The notes beneath the pieces were generated by a model. It was not told the DNA's origin. It saw only the letters and a program-made list of their open reading frames with translations, and made no database searches. The translations under genes and the position numbers were made by a program. This document shows, piece after piece, positions 57,205-64,000 of a DNA stretch of 64,000 bases. Position 1 is the first letter of the stretch, and every line of letters starts with the position of its first letter. The DNA is taken from NCBI GenBank assembly GCA_020831465.1, contig JAFIGI010000030.1:11891-75890 (forward strand). Direction: 5' to 3'. This stretch comes from Chlamydiales bacterium. Its GTDB lineage: Bacteria; Chlamydiota; Chlamydiia; Chlamydiales; JAAKFR01.

Positions 57205-60200
57205 TTGAAATATCAAGATTTCTACCAGTTATCGCTCCTTTTTTTTGCGCTCCTTTCGGTCTTTGGTGTCGGCTATTTTGCCTACAAAGAATTTTTTCCC
57301 GAATACAAGACCTATCAACATGCCTACATTGACCTCGAGAGATTCCGGTCGAGCTATACAGGCGAAAAACCTGCACCCTTTTCCACGGGGATCAAGCAGA
57401 TCCTGATTGCGGATGAGAAGAACGGTCCCGAAATCATCGACCGGTGCATCTCCTGCCATGTCGCAATCGACCTTCCCCATTTTTCGCCTCTGCGTGTTGC
57501 CAGGGATGTGAATGATCAGGTGATTTACTCCGCGGACGGGAAGGCCGAACTCGAAACAAATCCCGATTATATATGGGACCGTCTCGAAATGCGGATCGAC
57601 GAGTTGAAGCACCCTGCCTATCATGCGGAGCTTGGAGAGGGCAAAGATAAGTGGCTTGCCGAGGCGGAATTTCTGGAGGGGCTCAGGACGCAGATCATCG
57701 ATGGGCGCAGGATCGATATGGCAAAAGTTCTTAGGATGCACCCCTTGATCGGTTCGGAAACGCGGCCGTTCGAATACCACCCCATGGAGGAGTATGGGTG
57801 CACTTCGTGCCATAGTGGAAACGGACGCTCACTTTGCGCCAAACGGGCGCATGGGCCTCTTTACGACGAAGACTACGAGCCTGCTTACGAGATAAAAAAG
57901 CCGCAGTTTACCGAAAAAGATGAAGAAAACGATCCCCCCTTTTCCCGGATGTACAACCACAAGCCCGGTCATGAACTCGTCTTCCAAACCACTCCGCTTC
58001 TGGGAGGCGATTTGATCGTAGCCAAGTGTGTACAGTGCCATCAATCCTCTTCAACCCGTGTGAAAGAAACGGTTGATAAAGCTGCCTATTTCGCCGACCG
58101 GAAAAAAGAGCGGATTGATCGGATTCGCGAGGGGTTGGAGAATGACAAAGAAGCTCTTGTCAGCCTCATGGGTTTGCAGCGTTCTTTGGCCAAACGAGGG
58201 AGGGAAGGAACGATCGATTGGCTAAAAGAAGAGCTCGGAAATGATCATGTCTCACTGAAGGAGAAAGAGGCGTTGGAGGGGCAACTTACCTTTCTCCAGA
58301 GTCATGAGAAGCCCGATTCCGCGATTAAGGAGGAATTGATTCGCCTCACCGGATCTGAGGAGGGCGGAGGATCGATCGCGGAGAAAAAGGCGGCCCTCGT
58401 AAAAGAAAAAAAGATCCTCGAGCGCTTTCAAAATAGCGCGGAGTCTCTCACTTTCGTCGAGCAGGATCCCGATCTTTTGTCCAAGATCGGCACTGAAGTC
58501 GATCAGTTGATTGTATCTTATAACCGCGGCAAAGAGCTTTTTGTCTCCCAGGCTTGTTATGCCTGCCACCGTATCGCCGGCTATTCGCGCGCGAGCATCG
58601 GTCCCGAATTAACCTACGCGGGCACTAGCTATCCCTGGTTCATCAAAGAATCGATCGTCTGGCCGCAGGCCGATCTTCCCTCTTCGACAATGCCCAATTT
58701 CCGCCTTGACCATGAAGAGATTGAAAATTTGATGACCTTTCTGATGGCGCAAACGGGCTGCACCAAGGCCGTTTCCGAAGTCGATTATCACATTTCGCTC
58801 AAGGATTGGGAAGCGGGCGGGAAGCTCCCTTGGGAAAAGCCGGTCGCGCCGACTAAGATCAAGGACGCACGCGCGGGAATGCACGTTTTCGTCACCGAAG
58901 GGTGCGCTTCTTGCCATAAGCTCGAAGGGTTCGAATCGAATGTCGGATTTGTCAAAGGAGGGACTTTAGAGGAGCGTGAGTGGTTTTATAGATTGATCCC
59001 CGAGCAGGCAGCAGGGTCGCGCATCGCCGAGATCGTGGAGACGAAAGCCGAAGAGATCGACGCGCGCATTGTCGAAGGGGTGCGCCAAGACGGGATTATC
59101 GAAGAGATCCGGGCGAAATATCCCGGACTTGTCGAGGGCTTTTACTCGAATTTCAAGTATCCGTCGCGGGCAATGAATACCGCTTATAAGGATGATCCGG
59201 AAAAATTGAAGGCTTATCAGGAGCGCCTCAACCGCGTCCTTATGATCTACATTCAGCTCTACGGGATGGGGCGCGACATCGCTCCCCACTTGAACTGGTC
59301 CGGAATATACCGGGATGACGCTTGGTTGCTTGGCCATTTCCATAATCCGAGTGCCTACACGGCGCGCTCAATCATGCCTGTGATGCCCTTTGACGATACG
59401 AAATTTTACATGCTCAACAACATGCTCCGACAGCTTGGGGCGAAAAACCGCGATCGGCTGCGGGAAATTTGGCGCGAGCAAGGATTTGATCCGCCACTTG
59501 CTTACCATTTGCTTTGCAGCTCCTGTCACGGGGTGCAGCGGCAAGGAAACGGAATTATCTCCGAATGGATTTATCCGATTCCGAAAAACTTGCGCAACCC
59601 CGTCTTCTTGCGCAACTTAACCAAAGAGCGCGCAATCGATTCGATCAAGCACGGGGTTAGGGGAACACCGATGCCGCCGTGGGGTGAAGCGGCCTCCGCG
59701 ACCGATCCTGATCCTGTGCTTACGCATCCAGAGATCGTGCAGTTGGTCGACTGGCTCTATCAAGGGCTTCCCGAAGAGCACCGCAGGGAGAGAAAAGAGG
59801 ATTACGAAAAATGGAGCTACTCCCCCCATGATGTTGTCAAAGAGATGAGAAGAGAGCGCGACTTCCTTGAACCCGCACCCCCTAAGAATGAAAACTTGGC
59901 CGAGCTTGCTTCAGACTACTTCGAATCCCGCCCCAATCCGGTGCCGGGCCCTGACAAAGAGCTCTATTACATCCGGGATCAATACTTCACGGATTCTAAT
60001 CTTAAAGAGGCTGAGAAGTTCTATCTCGTGAATTGCGCGACATGCCACGGAAAGGAGGGCGGCGGAACGGGTTTGCGCGCCACTTCGATGGTAGAAGCGA
60101 AACCCCGCATGCTGACCAACCTCCCTTGGCTGCGCACCCGCGACGATCTACGCTTGCTCCGTTCGATCAAATATGGCGTTCCGGGCACCGGAATGATCCC

Positions 60201-60939
60201 CTGGGGCGATATGACCACATCCGCCCAACGGATGCAGCTGGTGATCTTCATCCGGGAATTGACCCGCACCCAGATGTTGAATGATGAGTTTGAAGAGGTG
60301 CTTTACGACGCTTTCGACCGCCAGATTCAAACAATCGAAGAGGCCCGCGTTTCGGAGTATGCACGCCTTGAAGCAGATGAAGCCGCGCTTAAAAGCGCTC
60401 AAGAGAAGCTCTACGAAGGGGGCGGTCTCTCTCCCGAAGAAGCGGGAAGGCTCTATGTCAAGATCGCGAAGTTGAAAAAAGAGGCTGCGGAAGGTGAAGC
60501 GCAAGACGACCGGTTTAAAGCCTTGATCGAACTTGTGAAAGAGCAAAAAGAATCTTTCCGCGGGGCGGGGGGTCAACTAATTGGGACCCAGCTTCCCGAT
60601 CGGACTCTTCGCGATTTCTTTGAGATGGTGCGCGGCGAAGCGCTTCGCTTTCATTTTGAAAAGGGAAAGCTTGAAATCAAAGAGAATCGCGAAGCGCCTA
60701 CGCCGAATAGCCTGATCGATAATCTGAATCTAAAGATCGCCGAGATCCGGGAGAGAATTAAAATCGAAGAAGCGAGAATTCCTTCTCCAGAGAGGGGAAA
60801 AACCATTCAAAACTTGATGGAAGAAGAAGGAACCTATATCAATTTAAGGACGAAGCTCGCCTATCAGTTCGCGGAGGCGAAAAAAATGCGCAACAAGCAA
60901 CGGGAAATATATGAGACTCTCTACCAAAGTCATCCATGA
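57205..60939 (+). CDS. Membrane-anchored heptahaem c-type cytochrome (1244 aa)
   Basis: TTG start 3 nt after the cyt b stop, then an N-terminal TM. Seven CxxCH motifs: CISCH, CTSCH, CVQCH, CYACH, CASCH, CSSCH, CATCH. Modules 4-5 look FixO-like (..GPEL..W..H..P....MP.F) and modules 6-7 look FixP/class-I-like (CxxCHG..G.G......GxxGTxMPxWG). The C-terminal ~200 aa are charged and coiled-coil-like. Confidence 0.85.
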   Translation: MKYQDFYQLSLLFFALLSVFGVGYFAYKEFFPEYKTYQHAYIDLERFRSSYTGEKPAPFSTGIKQILIADEKNGPEIIDRCISCHVAIDLPHFSPLRVARDVNDQVIYSADGKAELETNPDYIWDRLEMRIDELKHPAYHAELGEGKDKWLAEAEFLEGLRTQIIDGRRIDMAKVLRMHPLIGSETRPFEYHPMEEYGCTSCHSGNGRSLCAKRAHGPLYDEDYEPAYEIKKPQFTEKDEENDPPFSRMYNHKPGHELVFQTTPLLGGDLIVAKCVQCHQSSSTRVKETVDKAAYFADRKKERIDRIREGLENDKEALVSLMGLQRSLAKRGREGTIDWLKEELGNDHVSLKEKEALEGQLTFLQSHEKPDSAIKEELIRLTGSEEGGGSIAEKKAALVKEKKILERFQNSAESLTFVEQDPDLLSKIGTEVDQLIVSYNRGKELFVSQACYACHRIAGYSRASIGPELTYAGTSYPWFIKESIVWPQADLPSSTMPNFRLDHEEIENLMTFLMAQTGCTKAVSEVDYHISLKDWEAGGKLPWEKPVAPTKIKDARAGMHVFVTEGCASCHKLEGFESNVGFVKGGTLEEREWFYRLIPEQAAGSRIAEIVETKAEEIDARIVEGVRQDGIIEEIRAKYPGLVEGFYSNFKYPSRAMNTAYKDDPEKLKAYQERLNRVLMIYIQLYGMGRDIAPHLNWSGIYRDDAWLLGHFHNPSAYTARSIMPVMPFDDTKFYMLNNMLRQLGAKNRDRLREIWREQGFDPPLAYHLLCSSCHGVQRQGNGIISEWIYPIPKNLRNPVFLRNLTKERAIDSIKHGVRGTPMPPWGEAASATDPDPVLTHPEIVQLVDWLYQGLPEEHRRERKEDYEKWSYSPHDVVKEMRRERDFLEPAPPKNENLAELASDYFESRPNPVPGPDKELYYIRDQYFTDSNLKEAEKFYLVNCATCHGKEGGGTGLRATSMVEAKPRMLTNLPWLRTRDDLRLLRSIKYGVPGTGMIPWGDMTTSAQRMQLVIFIRELTRTQMLNDEFEEVLYDAFDRQIQTIEEARVSEYARLEADEAALKSAQEKLYEGGGLSPEEAGRLYVKIAKLKKEAAEGEAQDDRFKALIELVKEQKESFRGAGGQLIGTQLPDRTLRDFFEMVRGEALRFHFEKGKLEIKENREAPTPNSLIDNLNLKIAEIRERIKIEEARIPSPERGKTIQNLMEEEGTYINLRTKLAYQFAEAKKMRNKQREIYETLYQSHP

Positions 60940-62341
60940 CGACAGACCTGTAAAGCAGATGCTCTACCCCGCTCTCTTCTTTTTGGTCATCGGCCTTTTC
61001 ATCGGCGTTTTCATCTCCTACAACGGCTTTTTGGTTCCCGACTACTTCAAGGGGCAGTATATCCATTTCGGGCGGGTACGGCCTGTCCATGTGACCGTTG
61101 TCACCCTTCTCTGGCTGTTATCCGCGAACATGGGGCTGATGTATTTTTTTGTCCCCCGATTGTGCGGATCGCCCCTTTGGAGCGTCAAACTCGCCACTGT
61201 TACAAACTTCACGTGGTGGATCAGTGTGATTATCGGAGCCTTTTCCTTCCCTCTAGGGACGAATTTCGGGTGGGAATACGCCGAGCTTCCCATGACGATC
61301 GGGCTGATTCCCATCAAATTGTTCGTTTCCTTAGCCTGGGTCCTCTTTGCGACCAATATATTCATGACGATTCTCAACCGGCGCCATAAGCAGATGTACG
61401 TCTCGCTTTGGTATGTCATGGGAACGCTGATCTGGACCTCTTTCACTTTCATCGTGGGAAATTTCGCCATTCAGTGGGTTCCCCAGGGCATCTCGAGGGT
61501 GAATACGAGCTTCTTTTACGTTCACAACCTCGTCGGGCTGATTTTTACCCCCATGGGTTTGGCCGCTGCCTACTATTTTATCCCCAAAATTTCGGGATCG
61601 CCGATTTTCAGCCACCGCCTCTCGATGATCGGCTTTTGGGGGATCGCGTTTGTCTATGCCTGGATCGGAGCCCACCATATGCTGCACGGCCCCGAGTCGC
61701 AATGGCTCCAAACGACCAGCATTATCTTTTCGATGTGGCTGATCATCCCCGTCTGGACGGTTGTCGCGAATCTTTTGGGAACGGTCAAATCGCAATGGGA
61801 GATGTACAGCAAAAGCGCCCCTTTGCGTTTTTTGACGATGGGCGTCGTCTTCTACCTGATCGTCTGCTTTCAAGGATCTGTTCAAGCTCTGCGCAACGTC
61901 AACGAGGTCATCTCCAAGACCGACTGGATCATCGGCCATGCCCACATGTCACTTCTTGGGACATTTACCTTTTTTGCCATCGGAGGGGTCTACTACGCCA
62001 TCCCGAAGATTACTGGAAAGCCGCTCTGGTCGGAGAGGCTAGCCGATTGGCACTTCACATTCACCCTTTTCGGCTCTGTCTTAATGTTTGCCTCCCTCTG
62101 GCTGGGCGGCTTCAACCAGGGACTTCAATGGGCCAATTGGGGAACCGGGAATACATATGCCCAATTTCACGAAAACATCAGTCGCATGCCCTTTCTAACA
62201 ACTCTTGAGCTGATGTGGTGGTGGTGGTTTGCGCGGACGATTTCGGGAATCCTCATCCTGGGGGGGAATGCCATTTTTCTCTTAAACATGATGAATACCG
62301 TTGTTCTTGAAAGCCAAAAGGAGCCTGCAGCAGCCACATGA
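60911..62341 (+). CDS. ccoN: cbb3-type haem-copper oxidase subunit I
   Basis: 476 aa, 12 TM, with FGRVRPVHVTVV, WIGAHHMLHG and IIGHAHMSLLG. It overlaps the upstream gene by 29 nt. Confidence 0.88.
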   Translation: MRLSTKVIHDDRPVKQMLYPALFFLVIGLFIGVFISYNGFLVPDYFKGQYIHFGRVRPVHVTVVTLLWLLSANMGLMYFFVPRLCGSPLWSVKLATVTNFTWWISVIIGAFSFPLGTNFGWEYAELPMTIGLIPIKLFVSLAWVLFATNIFMTILNRRHKQMYVSLWYVMGTLIWTSFTFIVGNFAIQWVPQGISRVNTSFFYVHNLVGLIFTPMGLAAAYYFIPKISGSPIFSHRLSMIGFWGIAFVYAWIGAHHMLHGPESQWLQTTSIIFSMWLIIPVWTVVANLLGTVKSQWEMYSKSAPLRFLTMGVVFYLIVCFQGSVQALRNVNEVISKTDWIIGHAHMSLLGTFTFFAIGGVYYAIPKITGKPLWSERLADWHFTFTLFGSVLMFASLWLGGFNQGLQWANWGTGNTYAQFHENISRMPFLTTLELMWWWWFARTISGILILGGNAIFLLNMMNTVVLESQKEPAAAT

Positions 62342-63564
62342 GCGACCAAAAGAAAGGGATAAATCGTCTCGAATGGTCTGCCGCTCTGACGGTCATCGGA
62401 GTGATCGTGCTTTTCTCTTCGGCGATCGCCGTTACCTTGATCGCTCCCGAGTTCATCGATCCCAGTTGGAAGCAGGCTTCGAGCACCTATCAGGTACAGA
62501 TGTATGAAGTCTCCGATCCGAACGTCTATGTGAGCACATCGAATCCCGGCGGGTGGGGCCTTCAGTATGTCTACCACTTGCAGGAGGGATTTACGCTCCA
62601 TGCCTATCAGGAGAGCGAGATCGTCCGCATCATCGCTCCCGAAGAGCTTGAGAGATATGTGACGCGCCGCGGCGGCTCGGAGCAGATTTTGACCACACGC
62701 GTTCTTTTGCTCCGTCCCGCCCAAAACGCGCAGGAGGTTCAAAAAAGACTGCAAGCCGAGTGGAAAGCGGGCCAAACCGAAGAGAGGTTTCCTCCCCATT
62801 TCGAAATTTTGGAACTCTTCGATCCGCAAAAAAGAGAAGCCTTTGCCATTACCGAGACCGACGGCGTCGTCGAAAACTGGGTCGACGAGAACTTCACAAT
62901 CCTTGATAAAACGCCCCCTTACGCGACTGAGAAGGGAGTGATCTATATCAACAATCCAAAAGAATACCGGATCTCCTCAACAAATTATCTAGGAAGCCCT
63001 TACTGGGTCTATGACGAGAACGGGGAACCGGTCAAAGATTTGACTGAGCTCAAAGAGGGGAAGCTCCGCTTTCTATCCCGCGAGGCGCTCATTAGGCTTG
63101 GAGAAGAGATCTATCGGATTGAAGGGTGCTGGTATTGCCATACAGACCAAACGCGCACCCTTGTCCAGGATACCGTTTTAAACGGGTCGGCCGACTACCC
63201 TGCTCCCCCCTCCTCCGCCAACGAATACATCTATCAACGGGTTACCTTTCCCGGAACGCGCCGCATTGGCCCCGACCTCTCTCGCGTCGGAATCAAGCGC
63301 CCACACCGCGATTGGCACATGTCCCATTTTTGGTCCCCCACATCGGAAAGCAAGGGGAGCATCATGCCCTCCTTTGGCCACTTCTTCGACGACGACCCCG
63401 CCGGGACATTCGCAAGTCCATACAGCGTGCCGAACTACAAATTCGAGGCGATTTTTCAGTACCTCATGACAAAAGGAACGCGCATCACTCCGCCTAACAA
63501 GGCGTGGTGGCTCGGACTCGACCCCATTCAAACCCTCGACATCATCGAAGGGAGGAAAAAATGA
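62338..63564 (+). CDS. ccoO: cbb3 oxidase monohaem subunit II (CcoO/FixO) with a ~200-aa insertion
   Basis: 408 aa. N-terminal TM, CWYCH at aa 264-268, then RRIGPDLSRVG..W...HF..P......SIMPSF. Typical CcoO proteins are roughly half this length. Confidence 0.8.
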   Translation: MSDQKKGINRLEWSAALTVIGVIVLFSSAIAVTLIAPEFIDPSWKQASSTYQVQMYEVSDPNVYVSTSNPGGWGLQYVYHLQEGFTLHAYQESEIVRIIAPEELERYVTRRGGSEQILTTRVLLLRPAQNAQEVQKRLQAEWKAGQTEERFPPHFEILELFDPQKREAFAITETDGVVENWVDENFTILDKTPPYATEKGVIYINNPKEYRISSTNYLGSPYWVYDENGEPVKDLTELKEGKLRFLSREALIRLGEEIYRIEGCWYCHTDQTRTLVQDTVLNGSADYPAPPSSANEYIYQRVTFPGTRRIGPDLSRVGIKRPHRDWHMSHFWSPTSESKGSIMPSFGHFFDDDPAGTFASPYSVPNYKFEAIFQYLMTKGTRITPPNKAWWLGLDPIQTLDIIEGRKK

Positions 63565-63719
63565 CCGACGGAGAAGGGCTTTACGGATTCATCTTGCATT
63601 ACGCCCTTCTCTTCGCGTTTTTTGGAAGCGCCTTCATCGTCTTTCTCTATTTGTGGAAAAAAAAGAGGCTCGATATGGATGAAGAGCCAAAATATTTTCT
63701 TTTTAATGATGAGGATTAA
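63561..63719 (+). CDS. ccoQ: CcoQ/FixQ-like single-TM subunit
   Basis: 52 aa: MTDGEGLYGFILHYALLFAFFGSAFIVFLYLWKKKRLDMDEEPKYFLFNDED. ATGA overlap with the ccoO stop. One TM with an acidic tail. Confidence 0.6.
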   Translation: MTDGEGLYGFILHYALLFAFFGSAFIVFLYLWKKKRLDMDEEPKYFLFNDED

Positions 63720-63721
63720 AG

Positions 63722-63940
63722 ATGGAAGAAGAAGTTCCGGCTACGGAAGACCATAAAGTCCCGAAATTTCTCTACGCGGCCTACCTGATCGTGTTTGTGT
63801 GGGGCATTTGGGCCTTTATTGCCTATTGGAACGGTTCGAGTGGATGGTTCGATAGAGGGAACTGGAAGCAGCTCCAGGAAGCAGCCCATACAACCTATCC
63901 CTTCGAAGAGAAGGAATCCTACTTAGAAGGTGGAAAATAA
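63722..63940 (+). CDS. FixP_N-like single-TM protein without any haem-binding domain
   Basis: 72 aa. VPKFLYAAYLIVFVWGIWAFIAYW resembles the N-terminal anchor of CcoP (..P.WW...F..TI.....Y..). There is no CxxCH. Confidence 0.5.
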   Translation: MEEEVPATEDHKVPKFLYAAYLIVFVWGIWAFIAYWNGSSGWFDRGNWKQLQEAAHTTYPFEEKESYLEGGK

Positions 63941-64000
63941 GGGTTGTAGTGGTTGCGCGAATGCGTGAAGTGGCGCGCAGGCCGCTCGGCAGTCTCGAAT

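Noticed and set aside
56497-57216. 239-aa minus-strand ORF inside cytochrome b, with similar long shadow ORFs at 57229-57813 (-), 61331-61945 (-), 61408-62208 (+), 53814-54350 (-) and 31671-32240 (-)
   Set aside because: They lie entirely within strongly supported genes on the other strand or frame. They have Arg/Gly/Pro-rich low-complexity composition typical of shadow frames in GC-richer genes.
63941-64000. Possible start of another gene (ATG 63961) or a GC hairpin (tgcgcg..cgcgca) at the right edge
   Set aside because: Only 13 codons are visible, and a 6-bp stem with a 14-nt loop is weak. There is not enough sequence to support a call.
1-64000. CRISPR arrays, rRNA genes, IS elements, transposases, integrases, prophage genes and toxin-antitoxin or restriction-type defence systems
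   Set aside because: I scanned the ORF translations and intergenic regions. No direct-repeat/spacer arrays, recombinase motifs or recognisable defence-gene signatures were seen.

Overview
This chromosomal window reads as an environmental (non-Chlamydiaceae) member of the Chlamydiae. Supporting hallmarks are TopA with a C-terminal SWIB domain, a ~540-aa ThyX, a ~720-aa GreA and an orphan nqrA. The thyX-hemB-nqrA-hyp-greA, ygfA-recA and trpS-uvrB neighbourhoods match what I recall from Chlamydia, but GC looks much higher and there are many extra genes. I count about 55 protein genes and one tRNA-Pro(GGG). I saw no rRNA, CRISPR, transposase or integrase. Housekeeping genes (1.6-34.5 kb) are interspersed with eukaryote-like host-interaction candidates: a partial type II PI4-kinase-like protein at the left edge (absent from the ORF track), an AT-rich F-box gene, and an Inc-like membrane protein with an OGFr-like domain. 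The 34.5-47.6 kb stretch looks AT-richer and is divided into cassettes by copies of a ~50-bp palindromic repeat. The cassettes are TspO plus SDR/DUF2867, a photolyase, and a 9.6-kb synthase-dependent exopolysaccharide module. That module has a processive GT2, a HEAT protein and a TPR plus beta-barrel porin, together with an HK, a stand-alone REC and an HPt/multi-REC/degenerate-GGDEF protein. The 53.2-63.9 kb stretch is one same-strand respiratory supercluster. It holds a GltD-like FAD/FeS oxidoreductase (one in-frame TAG), an unlisted ccoS, a Rieske protein, a fused b6-type cytochrome b, and a 1244-aa heptahaem cytochrome c built from FixO-/FixP-like modules. These are followed by ccoN, an expanded ccoO, a ccoQ-like gene and a haem-less FixP_N stub. 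The thyX-hemB spacer carries DnaA-box-like 9-mers and an AT tract and is an oriC candidate. All calls come from motif recognition by eye; no searches or computations were run.
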